A DNA stretch of 64,000 bases, from the NCBI GenBank assembly GCA_964536135.1, contig CAZHVM010000001.1, positions 29,268-93,267 on the forward strand. Reading direction: 5' to 3'. The position numbers were made by a program, and so were the translations under genes. The stretch comes from an uncultured Candidatus Saccharibacteria bacterium (GTDB taxonomy: Bacteria > Patescibacteriota > Dojkabacteria > SC72). Below, piece after piece: positions 29,541 through 38,749 of this stretch. The first letter of the stretch is position 1. Every line of letters begins with the position of its first letter. The notes beneath the pieces were generated by a model. That model worked only from the letters and a program-made list of their open reading frames with translations. It had not been told where the DNA came from and ran no database searches.

Positions 29541-29966
29541 ATGGCAAAAGAGATAAAAAAAATCATAAAGATAACTATACCTGCAGGTGGTGCAACAATG
29601 GCTCCTCCAATAGGACCAACATTGGCTCCTTACGGTATAAACGCACAGGATTTCTGTGCTCAATTTAATGAGAAAACAAGAGAGAATAACGGTATTCTTA
29701 CTCCAGTAATATTAACAATCTATGAGGACAGGACATTTGCATTTGAGCTTAAGACACCTCCTACATCAGAATTAATCAGAAGAGAATTAAAACTTAAGGC
29801 TGGTTCTGCAAAGCCAAATCTAGAGAAGGTGGGAAAACTTTCTAAAGAACAAATAATGAAGATTGTAGAGGTAAAAATGCCAGATTTGAATACATCAGAC
29901 CCAGAGCAAGCAGCAAAGATAATTACTGGTACTGCAAAACAAATGGGTGTAGAGGTAGAACTTTAA
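29541..29966 (+). CDS. rplK: 50S ribosomal protein L11
   Basis: PAG.A..APPIGP.L, FC..FN, KTPP. Confidence 0.98.
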   Translation: MAKEIKKIIKITIPAGGATMAPPIGPTLAPYGINAQDFCAQFNEKTRENNGILTPVILTIYEDRTFAFELKTPPTSELIRRELKLKAGSAKPNLEKVGKLSKEQIMKIVEVKMPDLNTSDPEQAAKIITGTAKQMGVEVEL

Positions 29967-29985
29967 TTATACATATATAACCGCC

Positions 29986-30675
29986 ATGAAAAGAGGAAAG
30001 AAATATACAAAAAGTGTAAAAGGTCTAGACAAGAGTATTGAATATACTTTAGTAGAGGGAATTAAAAAAGTTAAAGCACTCTCCTACACTAGCTTTACTG
30101 GTACACTAGAAATGCATGTAGATATTAAAATCCCAAAGGACAGAGATCCTAAATCCATAAAGGGTGCTGTTTCTCTTCCACATTCTTCTGTTAAAAAGGA
30201 AGTAAAAATCGCAGTATTCTGTACTCCAGATAAGGATGCTCTGGCTTCAAAGGCTGGTGCGGATATTGTTGGACTCGACAACCTAGTAAAAGATATTAAG
30301 TCTGGAAAGATAGAATTTGACGTAGCAATTGCTACTCCAGATGTAATGGCAAAGATTGCAATTTTAGGTAAAGAGCTTGGTCCTAAAGGATTAATGCCAA
30401 ATCCTAAGAATGGGACAGTTACAAATGACTTAGAAGGTGCAATTGGTGAATACAAGAAAGGTAAGCAGACATTCGCATGTGATGATTCCGGAGTTATACA
30501 TCTTAATGTAGGTAAACTAGATCTTGAGGATGAGAAATTGATAGAGAATATCCATACAGCAGTGCTAGCATTGGAAGAGATATTCGGGAAATCATATGAG
30601 CAGATTGCAGATAGGATGCATATGGCACCAACAATGGGAGCTAGTGTTAAGATATCTTATAGTAAGCCAGAATAA
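29986..30675 (+). CDS. rplA: 50S ribosomal protein L1
   Basis: LGPKGLMPNPK.GTVT, TMG. Confidence 0.97.
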   Translation: MKRGKKYTKSVKGLDKSIEYTLVEGIKKVKALSYTSFTGTLEMHVDIKIPKDRDPKSIKGAVSLPHSSVKKEVKIAVFCTPDKDALASKAGADIVGLDNLVKDIKSGKIEFDVAIATPDVMAKIAILGKELGPKGLMPNPKNGTVTNDLEGAIGEYKKGKQTFACDDSGVIHLNVGKLDLEDEKLIENIHTAVLALEEIFGKSYEQIADRMHMAPTMGASVKISYSKPE

Positions 30676-30695
30676 CCTTATTACATTGTAATTAG

Positions 30696-30720
30696 AAAGA
30701 CCTCGCAAGAGGTCTTTTTT
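30696..30720 (+). terminator. Intrinsic terminator after rplA
   Basis: AAAGACCTC-GCAA-GAGGTCTTT followed by T-run. Confidence 0.85.
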
Positions 30721-30794
30721 GTTATATATACTCTTTACATTATATACTCTATGGGATAGAATATATCTCGTTGCTCTTTAGGGATTAAAAAACA

Positions 30795-31169
30795 ATGAAG
30801 GGGTTAATAGAGATGAAATCACGGGAAGGAACACTCTTAAAGATAGAAGCAAGAACTTTGTTTGTTAAGGGAGATTATCAGGATCTACTTGTCGTACAGG
30901 ATGAGAATGATAAATTAATTCTCTATTTCGAGACTATTGGCCTTGAAATCCGGTGCGAAAGTAAGAGTAAAAATTTCTCCCGCTATGTAGTATATGAGAA
31001 AGGTGATCCAAGTTTCTCGTTCAATGGCAAACCCTTTGAGCTGGTCGGGTATGACACCTTGGGAAACAATTCTCTTGTCTTAAAGACTAGACTTCTGGAC
31101 TATAAGTTCGCCTTTAAGATTGATACAAAAAACAAGAGACTTCTAAGTGTCGACATACTAATCAGCTAA
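30795..31169 (+). CDS. Orphan hypothetical protein (124 aa)
   Basis: ORF with own promoter-like sequence and boxA-like TGCTCTTTA; alternative start at 30813. Confidence 0.6.
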   Translation: MKGLIEMKSREGTLLKIEARTLFVKGDYQDLLVVQDENDKLILYFETIGLEIRCESKSKNFSRYVVYEKGDPSFSFNGKPFELVGYDTLGNNSLVLKTRLLDYKFAFKIDTKNKRLLSVDILIS

Positions 31170-31401
31170 AAACAATCCACCCTAAAGAAAGACAGAGAGC
31201 GAGCTAATAGTAGCTTGATAGGTGACTTAAGGGCCCATCAGGCTTTTATTTTAATAAATCATCTATTAGCTCCTCTCAGCACCATCCCATTAACATATTT
31301 ACAAACTATCTCCTATAGTATAAAATGTCTAGGCAACAAGCTTACCCAGCTTATTGCTCTTAAAAAACAAACTGAAACACAATCCCTTAAGGAGGGAACA
31401 A

Positions 31402-31683
31402 ATGCTTCAAATCCCTGACCGTAATCACAATCGTAAGAAAAAACATATCGAGGATTGTTCAATTCCCCAGCATGTTAGAAAGCTCATGTCTGACAACGGA
31501 CTTACCTTCCCTGGAAATGGAAAAGTTTCTATCTTTCCCAGTGGGAAGAATTCGATTACAGTCACCATCGAAAATTTTGACGCAAAAGGGAAGTGCAAAA
31601 AGCCGTTTATTAAGGAGATAAATAAGAAATTAAACAAACCTGTCTACCTTAAATTTAAAGATGGCCATTGCACAAATTGTTAA
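31402..31683 (+). CDS. Basic orphan protein (93 aa)
   Basis: SD AAGGAGG before ATG 31402; TTTACA-N17-TAAAAT promoter at 31298-31326. Confidence 0.65.
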   Translation: MLQIPDRNHNRKKKHIEDCSIPQHVRKLMSDNGLTFPGNGKVSIFPSGKNSITVTIENFDAKGKCKKPFIKEINKKLNKPVYLKFKDGHCTNC

Positions 31684-31840
31684 TTAGCCTTTGCATTGGG
31701 TAGCTTGTTGAAACAGGATGGTGGATCTAAGAGATTCTAAAGAAGCTGAGCTCTGCGCAGAGTTTCTTTTAATCGTTTTCTTAGGTCCACCTGCAATTCC
31801 CTTGACCATCCCCTATCCTCCTGATATAATCCACCTAGTA

Positions 31841-31885
31841 TTAACCAAAGAAACAAGGTACAAAGATAAATCCTTGCGAGGTTAA
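31841..31885 (+). promoter_or_regulatory. Probable L10 leader (autoregulatory RNA)
   Basis: TTAACC...CAAGG...CCTTG..GGTTAA hairpin between a TTGACC/TATAAT promoter and rplJ. Confidence 0.5.
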
Positions 31886-31915
31886 AATATACATTCAATT
31901 AAAAAATATATAACT

Positions 31916-32437
31916 ATGTCTAAATCTCGTTCACAGAAGACAGAGCTACTTGAGAAATACAAAGAAGTACTTAAAAGTAAGGAAGGATATTTCTTAATTA
32001 ACTCCGACAAAGCAGACACACTAACAACAACCGGACTCAAAATTCAGTTAAAAGGTGTTGGAGCAAACCTAGCAATTGTTAAAAACAGTATATTTAAGGT
32101 AGCTCTTCAAGAAACAGAACAACCTTTAAATACACAAAACTTTGATGGACCTACAGCAATCATATACTTCGATGAAGATCCTACAGCTCCTGCAAAATTA
32201 ATAAAAGAGATACAGAAGAAAACACAACTTTTCGATGCAAGAGGTGGAGTATATGAAGGAGAATTCTTAACAGCAGAGAAAGTAATGCAGTTAGCTGAAA
32301 TACCTTCTAGAGAAGTATTACTTGGTAAATTACTTGGAACTATGTCAGCACCAGTATCTGGATTTATGAATGCGCTAACAGGAAATGTAAGAGGATTAAC
32401 TATGGTTCTAAAGGGCATCTCTGAAAAGAGTGCTTAA
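31916..32437 (+). CDS. rplJ: 50S ribosomal protein L10
   Basis: VKNS, GPTA, LAEIPSREVL; upstream of rplL. Confidence 0.95.
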   Translation: MSKSRSQKTELLEKYKEVLKSKEGYFLINSDKADTLTTTGLKIQLKGVGANLAIVKNSIFKVALQETEQPLNTQNFDGPTAIIYFDEDPTAPAKLIKEIQKKTQLFDARGGVYEGEFLTAEKVMQLAEIPSREVLLGKLLGTMSAPVSGFMNALTGNVRGLTMVLKGISEKSA

Positions 32438-32476
32438 CCGAACATTATTTAGTATTTAATTTAAACATATATAACC

Positions 32477-32881
32477 ATGGCAGACGAAAATACAAAGCTT
32501 CCAGAGCTATCTGAGAACTCTAAGAAAGTACTAGCGATAGTAGAGAAGATGACTGTATTGGAACTTGCAGACCTTGTAAAGGTTATGGAGGATAAATTTG
32601 GAGTAAGCGCAGCAGCTCCTGTTGCAGTAGCAGCAGCTCCAGTTGAAGCAGCAGCTCCAGAAGAAGAGAAAACAATCTTCAACATCGTCCTTAAAGAAGC
32701 AGGTGCAAACAAGATTGGAGTTATCAAGGTAGTAAGAGAGATAACTGAGCTTGGATTAAAAGAAGCTAAAGATCTTGTAGATACAGCTCCTCAGACAGTA
32801 AAAGAGGGAGTTAAAAAAGAGGATGCAGAAGCATACAAGGCTAAATTCGAAGAAGCAGGTGCTACAGTAGAATTAGCATAA
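32477..32881 (+). CDS. rplL: 50S ribosomal protein L7/L12
   Basis: KFGVSAAA hinge; [20 protein letters not shown]. Confidence 0.98.
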   Translation: MADENTKLPELSENSKKVLAIVEKMTVLELADLVKVMEDKFGVSAAAPVAVAAAPVEAAAPEEEKTIFNIVLKEAGANKIGVIKVVREITELGLKEAKDLVDTAPQTVKEGVKKEDAEAYKAKFEEAGATVELA

Positions 32882-32905
32882 CTATATATTTAAGAATATA
32901 TAACA

Positions 32906-32931
32906 GAGGAGCCACGAAAGTGGCTCTTTTT
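32906..32931 (+). terminator. Intrinsic terminator after rplL
   Basis: GAGCCAC-GAAA-GTGGCTC followed by TTTTT. Confidence 0.85.
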
Positions 32932-33019
32932 GTTATCATTAATTCCCATCGACAAAGCAATATCCAAAGAAGTATAATTATACTGAATCTGCCAATATAT
33001 TAATTTATCAATATATCTA

Positions 33020-33688
33020 ATGGACTACACACCTTTTACTAAATGGGTATTGGACAATGGACTTTCGGAAAGAACATTGGAACTACTCGTAGGAATAGCA
33101 ATAGTTGCTACAATTGTAAGTCTAGCAAGATACCTTTTTGGATCTAAATCATTTGGAATATACGCGCCAGTAATTCTGGCTGTAGCATTTACATATACTG
33201 GACTTAGATACGGGCTAATCATTACTGCCGTTGTTATTGCATCATCCCTACTCTCTCACCTCATACTAAGTAAAATTAGAATGCATTATATATCTAGAAT
33301 TGCAATTAATTACTGCATTATAATAATGTCACTACTCGTTTTCTTCGTAGTAGTAAAAAAATATAACTTAGGGCTACCAAACATGTCTTTAATACAACCG
33401 CTAGCAATAATTTCCATAATTGGACTCTCCGATTTCTTTGTTAAACAACAAATTAAAAAAGGCTTAAAAAACTCCATCCTCGTACTCGCAAGCACACTCA
33501 TCATAGCCTCTTTGGGTTGGTTCATCATAACAAGGGAAACTATTTCAGCCTTCATGATTAACAACCTCTGGATAATCCCTGCCTTAATTGTCGTTAATAT
33601 ATTAATCGGACAATTTTCTGGCCTTAGATTTAAAGACCTTTTGAGATTTAGAACCATTATCCAAGATAAAGAAAATGTTAAAAAGTAA
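33020..33688 (+). CDS. 7TM membrane protein (7TM_transglut-like, partner of ATP-grasp ligases)
   Basis: R...G...FG.Y.P.ILA, R.HY..R and final G.R..D..RF motifs; overlaps the next gene. Confidence 0.8.
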   Translation: MDYTPFTKWVLDNGLSERTLELLVGIAIVATIVSLARYLFGSKSFGIYAPVILAVAFTYTGLRYGLIITAVVIASSLLSHLILSKIRMHYISRIAINYCIIIMSLLVFFVVVKKYNLGLPNMSLIQPLAIISIIGLSDFFVKQQIKKGLKNSILVLASTLIIASLGWFIITRETISAFMINNLWIIPALIVVNILIGQFSGLRFKDLLRFRTIIQDKENVKK

Positions 33689-35135
33689 GAAGATAAAAGA
33701 AATATTGGGATTAAATAGACGAAACCAAGAATATGTTCGTCCCTTAAATTCCCCCTCATCCAAAAGGATTGCAGACAACAAAATCCTTACAAAGAAAGTC
33801 CTCGCAAGGGAAAATATTAATACTCCTGAAGTTTACAAACTAATTAGAACGAAAAAACAGCTCCAATTCCTAGACTTTGAATCCTTACCAAACAGTTTTG
33901 TCATAAAACCAAACCAAGGGACAGGTGGTAACGGTATCGTAGTACTCTACGGTAAGAAAAAAGGTCAAACAGCCTGGATTAGACCAAGCGGAGAGATAAT
34001 GACCGCAAGGGACATTACAGTACACATAGAGAATATAATCGAAGGAAGATACTCCATGGGCTCTAGAAAAGATATCGCAATCATAGAGGAAAGAGTCAAA
34101 ACGGATCCATTTCTCAAACAATATTCCTACAAAGGAGTCCCAGATATCAGGATAATTGGATACAACCAAGTTCCAATAATGGCAATGATGAGACTTCCAA
34201 CAAAGAAATCAAACGGTACAGCAAACCTACATTCAGGAGCAATATGTACTGGTATAGATATCAGCTCTGGTATAACAACCTACTCTATGCACATGCAAGA
34301 AAAAAGTCTCGTAAGTGACTCGTATGAAATGATAGATTCTACACTAGATTTGAAAGAAAACAGGAAACTCTCAGGGATCCAAATTCCTTACTGGGAGGAG
34401 ATATTGGAGATAGCTGTTAAATGCCAAAAAGCTAGCAAATTAGGATACATAGGAGTAGATATAGCCCTAGATGCAGAGAAAGGGCCCGTTGTTTTTGAAC
34501 TAAATGCTAGACCAGGCCTTGGTATACAGGTAGCAAACCAAGCAGGATTAAGATGGAGACTTGAGAAAGTTAAAGGTATTGAAATTAAAAGTATGAAGCA
34601 CGGTATAAGAGTAGCAAAAAATCTCTTCGGAGGAGAAGTTGAAGAAAGTATTGAAGCTATTAGTGGAAGAAAAGTTGTAAATATTAACGAAAAAATCTTT
34701 CTCTACTATAAGACACCTGTCTCTAAGAAGAAGAATGACCCTCAAAATCGTGAAGCTATAAGAGTATTTGTAGATACAGGCCTAATAACATCCCGTATAA
34801 ACAAAACTCTCGCTTCTAGGATAGGCTTTTTCGAAGCAATTAAATATTTCTACTCCCTCTCTATCCCCAAAAAGTTTGAAAGCTTCAAAGAGGCTCAAGA
34901 ATATATAGATTCTAACCAATCCACCATTATAGGACACCCAGATATCCTAAGAGTCGCCAAAATCGTAGAAGAGGGTGCCATAAAGACAAGACCAGTCATA
35001 TGTGTACATACAAAAATAGCCAGTGAGGAGAAAGAAATAGAGATGGTGGTAACAGAAGATACCACATATAATGTAGTAATAGGAAGAAATGAACTTAAAG
35101 GATACTTAATAGATACATCTAAAACATTTAAATAG
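33675..35135 (+). CDS. Alpha-L-glutamate ligase-like ATP-grasp protein fused to a retropepsin-like domain
   Basis: ILGLNRRN, D.K..TK, FVIKP..G.GG.GI, GVPDIR, ANLH.G, ELNARPGL.IQ.AN; C-terminal VDTG...VIGR. Confidence 0.88.
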   Translation: MLKSKKIKEILGLNRRNQEYVRPLNSPSSKRIADNKILTKKVLARENINTPEVYKLIRTKKQLQFLDFESLPNSFVIKPNQGTGGNGIVVLYGKKKGQTAWIRPSGEIMTARDITVHIENIIEGRYSMGSRKDIAIIEERVKTDPFLKQYSYKGVPDIRIIGYNQVPIMAMMRLPTKKSNGTANLHSGAICTGIDISSGITTYSMHMQEKSLVSDSYEMIDSTLDLKENRKLSGIQIPYWEEILEIAVKCQKASKLGYIGVDIALDAEKGPVVFELNARPGLGIQVANQAGLRWRLEKVKGIEIKSMKHGIRVAKNLFGGEVEESIEAISGRKVVNINEKIFLYYKTPVSKKKNDPQNREAIRVFVDTGLITSRINKTLASRIGFFEAIKYFYSLSIPKKFESFKEAQEYIDSNQSTIIGHPDILRVAKIVEEGAIKTRPVICVHTKIASEEKEIEMVVTEDTTYNVVIGRNELKGYLIDTSKTFK

Positions 35136-35136
35136 T

Positions 35137-36129
35137 ATGACAAAATATGAAGAATATTTAAAAGAAGCAGGAAATGTACATTTGGCTTACTACCTTGAAG
35201 CTGCAGATGAGCTTGGTATTGAGTACGAGATTGTTGTACGTAGCCTACTCGCTAGATTTACATACCAAGATAAACACTGGTTCATAATCAATACAGTAAC
35301 TCCGCTTACCCCATCCCCAGGAACTACCATTGCAAAAAGAAAATATCTTACAAATCTGGTGCTTAGCAGAGCAGATATAGATGTACCTAGACAACAAGCA
35401 CTTGGAAGTGCCATAGATGCAATCAAATTCTTTAACAAATACAAGAATGTTGTCATTAAACCATCTCAACAGTTAGGTGGTATTGGTGTCACCATGCTCC
35501 CAGAGACTGAAGAGCAGGTTATCGAGGCATACGAAGGTGCATTACAAAAAAGTAATGCAAAAGGAGCAGTAAAAGTACTAGGTGAAGAGTTCATAAAAGG
35601 AGAAAATTACAGATTCCTAGTAGTTGGAGATCAAGTGGTAGGAATAGTATGGAGAAAGGCACCAATAGTTATTGGTGATAGTAAAAACACTATAAGGGAA
35701 CTGATTGATATTAAGAATAAAGAGCGAAGAATGCTCGTATTAAAGCCTATTCCCATCGACACAGAAGTTGAGATAAGACTTCGAAACCAGGATCTTACAT
35801 TGGACTCAATTCCAGAAGAAGGCAAAGAGGTTGTTCTTAGATACAACTGTAACCTAACCACTGGTGGAACTACAGAAGAATGCTCTTCCATAGTTGACCC
35901 ATACTACAAACAACTTGCAGTTTCCGCCGTCAAAGAACTTGGCCTTGAATTTGGGGGTGTAGATATCATTGCACAGGACATTACAAAACAAGATAAGTGT
36001 GGAATTAACGAAATAAACTACAATCCGGGCCTTAGATTACATTACAAGGTAAACAAAGGGCAAATTGTAAGAGTAGCGATTCCAATAATGGAGTATATTA
36101 GAGATAAATATATAAATTCAATCAAATAA
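35137..36129 (+). CDS. Cyanophycin synthetase/GshF-like standalone ATP-grasp ligase
   Basis: K..TN..L....I.VP, VIKP...GG.GV, G..YRFLV, N.TTGG, GVDII, EINYNPG. Confidence 0.85.
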   Translation: MTKYEEYLKEAGNVHLAYYLEAADELGIEYEIVVRSLLARFTYQDKHWFIINTVTPLTPSPGTTIAKRKYLTNLVLSRADIDVPRQQALGSAIDAIKFFNKYKNVVIKPSQQLGGIGVTMLPETEEQVIEAYEGALQKSNAKGAVKVLGEEFIKGENYRFLVVGDQVVGIVWRKAPIVIGDSKNTIRELIDIKNKERRMLVLKPIPIDTEVEIRLRNQDLTLDSIPEEGKEVVLRYNCNLTTGGTTEECSSIVDPYYKQLAVSAVKELGLEFGGVDIIAQDITKQDKCGINEINYNPGLRLHYKVNKGQIVRVAIPIMEYIRDKYINSIK

Positions 36130-36131
36130 AT

Positions 36132-37802
36132 ATGGTCAAAGTAATACAAGGATTAAATCTAGAGAACAAAACTTCCATTATCGAGATTAATACAATTAAG
36201 ACAGATAATTTAGAGAAAATTCTCCGATTAATACACTCCTTTCATCCAATATTCTTCGAAGAATATAAATATGAAGAAAATACACTCAAGATATACTCTA
36301 ATCTGCCCTTCCTTTGGGAAGAGCTAGGTAAAGTACTGGAGCAGGATTTAATATATGACAAAGCATTAGAACAATGCCTAGAGATTATTAGAATTCGAGT
36401 TTCCTCAATGTCCACCATACCCCTACTCTTTGCAGCACATAAACTTGGCTATGAAACAACCCCAACAATGGCTGGGAAAGAACCTTTGTCTTACACACCC
36501 TCTTTTAACCGTCACTACACAATAGGATGTGGAAAAGGCTCAGAAATAATCTACTCCATCTCCTCTTCCAAAGATTCTAAGATTGCGAAAGAGATTCAAA
36601 GAGACAAATGGTCAAGCAACCTTGTTATAGAGAAATTAGGCTTGCCTCTTCCAGCATGGGAAATTATAGATTCGTTCACAGAGATAGAAGAAATTTGGAG
36701 ACATTTTAACAAACCAGTAGTTATCAAACCAACTGGTCTAACAGGAGGAAGCGGTGTTTCAGTAGGAATTAAAACAATCGAAGAGGCAAAAGAAGCGTAT
36801 AAATATGCAAAGGAAATGGTAGATGCTAAACTTAGAAAAGATTGGCAAACCAAGGTAATGATACAGGAACAAGTAAGCGGAGAAGATTACAGGATCCTTG
36901 TTATAGATGGCCATTTAGAAGTAGTGACGAAGAGAATACCTGCATTTGTAATTGGAAACGGTAAAGATACAATAACAAGACTCATAGAAAACACAAACAA
37001 AGATCCAAGAAGGGATACAACAAGCCCAGCACATACATTAAAACCAATTGAAATAGATCAACCCTTAAAAGCATATCTTAAAGAACAAAACCTTGAACTA
37101 GATTCCATCCCAGACAAAGACCAAAAAGTACCAGTTAGAAAGGTTGCAAGCATGAGCCAAGGCGGTATAACTGAAGACTTTACAGATAAAGTTGCCCCTG
37201 AAATTAAAAGCATCGTAGAAAGCATAGCTACCTCTATCCATGCCTTTGCACTAGGTGTAGATGTAATGTGTAAAGATATCTCCAAGCCTTTAACAAAAGA
37301 CAATGGAGCCATACTTGAGATTAATACCATGCCAGAGGCATACCTTAACCTCTTCCCAGTCATAGGCACAGATCGAGGATATGTTGCAGATACATATATT
37401 AAAAAGCTTCTTACAAACAACAAAACAAAGAAGATTGTAGTAATAGGAAATCCTCAGTATGACATCCCTACAACATTGAAACAGAAGAAACTCTTGTCTT
37501 CCTATTTACGAAATGAAAATACCGTAGGAGAATACAAAGATGGAGAAATAAGAATAAACTCCTTAACATTAAACAAAGATTTAACAAAAAGACAGGGTGT
37601 AGAAGCACTTAAACTTAACGCTTCTCTAGATGCAATTATAATTCACCACAGAAATTGGGAAGAAGTAATAAAAGATGGTTTAGGATTAAACAAAATAGAC
37701 CTACTCATGATTGAATCTTCCCTGAAGGAGAACACAGAGTATATGAAAATAATAAAAAGATACAAACGAAAAGGATTAATATCTAAAATTAAAACATTCT
37801 AG
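36132..37802 (+). CDS. Cyanophycin synthetase-like ATP-grasp ligase with reduced N- and C-terminal domains
   Basis: DK......LGLP.P, PVVIKP...GG.GV, G.DYRILV, RIPA.V.G.G..TI..LI...N.DPRR, S.GG, GVD, EINTMP. Confidence 0.85.
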   Translation: MVKVIQGLNLENKTSIIEINTIKTDNLEKILRLIHSFHPIFFEEYKYEENTLKIYSNLPFLWEELGKVLEQDLIYDKALEQCLEIIRIRVSSMSTIPLLFAAHKLGYETTPTMAGKEPLSYTPSFNRHYTIGCGKGSEIIYSISSSKDSKIAKEIQRDKWSSNLVIEKLGLPLPAWEIIDSFTEIEEIWRHFNKPVVIKPTGLTGGSGVSVGIKTIEEAKEAYKYAKEMVDAKLRKDWQTKVMIQEQVSGEDYRILVIDGHLEVVTKRIPAFVIGNGKDTITRLIENTNKDPRRDTTSPAHTLKPIEIDQPLKAYLKEQNLELDSIPDKDQKVPVRKVASMSQGGITEDFTDKVAPEIKSIVESIATSIHAFALGVDVMCKDISKPLTKDNGAILEINTMPEAYLNLFPVIGTDRGYVADTYIKKLLTNNKTKKIVVIGNPQYDIPTTLKQKKLLSSYLRNENTVGEYKDGEIRINSLTLNKDLTKRQGVEALKLNASLDAIIIHHRNWEEVIKDGLGLNKIDLLMIESSLKENTEYMKIIKRYKRKGLISKIKTF

Positions 37803-37804
37803 CA

Positions 37805-38749
37805 ATGAAATATCTAGTAATCGACAAAAGACAGAGAGTGAAAGAAATGGAAATACCTACCGCTTCTTCTAGGATATTGGAGGAGTTAAAAAAGAAAGAT
37901 ATACCAGCAGATTTCGTTTACAACGATGAGATAGAGATGCTTTTCATGGCAGGTTCCACGCAGATTAAAGCAAAGGGAATAGACGTAAAGGAGTACACGC
38001 ACATCATTTTTAGAGGTCATGCACTTCACAACGATAGGGAGTATGCACTAAAAAGATACATCATAGACTACATTGAGCAATATAATAGTGACAACCCAGA
38101 AAAAAAAGTGCTCATACAAAATTCCAAAGCAATTAAGAAATTGCCATATTATAATAAGGTAGCCATTTCTTTACTTTGTTCACAATATAACCTCCCCTAC
38201 TTTCAGACATATTACAGAACAGATGGTAAATATCTAGAGCCTAGAGATATGCTAAAAGAATATCCTTTAATAATCAAAGAGTATGCTGGAATCAATAGAG
38301 TCGAGATAATAGATGGAGAGGAGAAGATTAAAAAAAATGTTTACAAATTAGAAAAAGATGAAGATTTTAAACAAGAGGGATTAAAGGAGCAAGATTTAAG
38401 TAGCTTCTTCTTACAAGAATTTTCCAATACCGCAGAGGATTACAGAATATTTGTTAAATTAGGTAGGGTTGTTGGTGGATGGAAAAGGACTGCATCTAAG
38501 GGGTTTATGACAGTAAATAAGGGAATCTATGAAATGTATAATAATCCCGATAAAGAAATCACAGCTATTGCAGAAAAGATGGCTTCTGTATTAGAGGCCG
38601 ATTTTATAGCTGTAGATTTTATGTATATGAATGGAAAGCCTTGTATACAGGAAATAAGCTTACATCCAGGATTTAAAGCTTATGAGACTAAGATAGAAGG
38701 AGAACCTGTTAACATAGCAGAAGCTATAATAACTGCATTTTCAGATTAG
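37805..38749 (+). CDS. Divergent RimK-like ATP-grasp ligase
   Basis: NK......LP..T, YPLIIK, LQEF, DYRIFV, AVDF, QEIS.HPGF. Confidence 0.75.
   Translation: MKYLVIDKRQRVKEMEIPTASSRILEELKKKDIPADFVYNDEIEMLFMAGSTQIKAKGIDVKEYTHIIFRGHALHNDREYALKRYIIDYIEQYNSDNPEKKVLIQNSKAIKKLPYYNKVAISLLCSQYNLPYFQTYYRTDGKYLEPRDMLKEYPLIIKEYAGINRVEIIDGEEKIKKNVYKLEKDEDFKQEGLKEQDLSSFFLQEFSNTAEDYRIFVKLGRVVGGWKRTASKGFMTVNKGIYEMYNNPDKEITAIAEKMASVLEADFIAVDFMYMNGKPCIQEISLHPGFKAYETKIEGEPVNIAEAIITAFSD

Noticed and set aside
30795-31793. Possible integron cassettes (ORF + palindrome)
   Set aside because: Hairpins lack RYYYAAC/GTTRRRY ends, the genes have their own promoters, and no integrase is present.
35137-37802. Canonical cyanophycin synthetase (cphA) call
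   Set aside because: Both proteins are much shorter than CphA1, no intact Mur-ligase P-loop is visible, and no cyanophycinase is adjacent.
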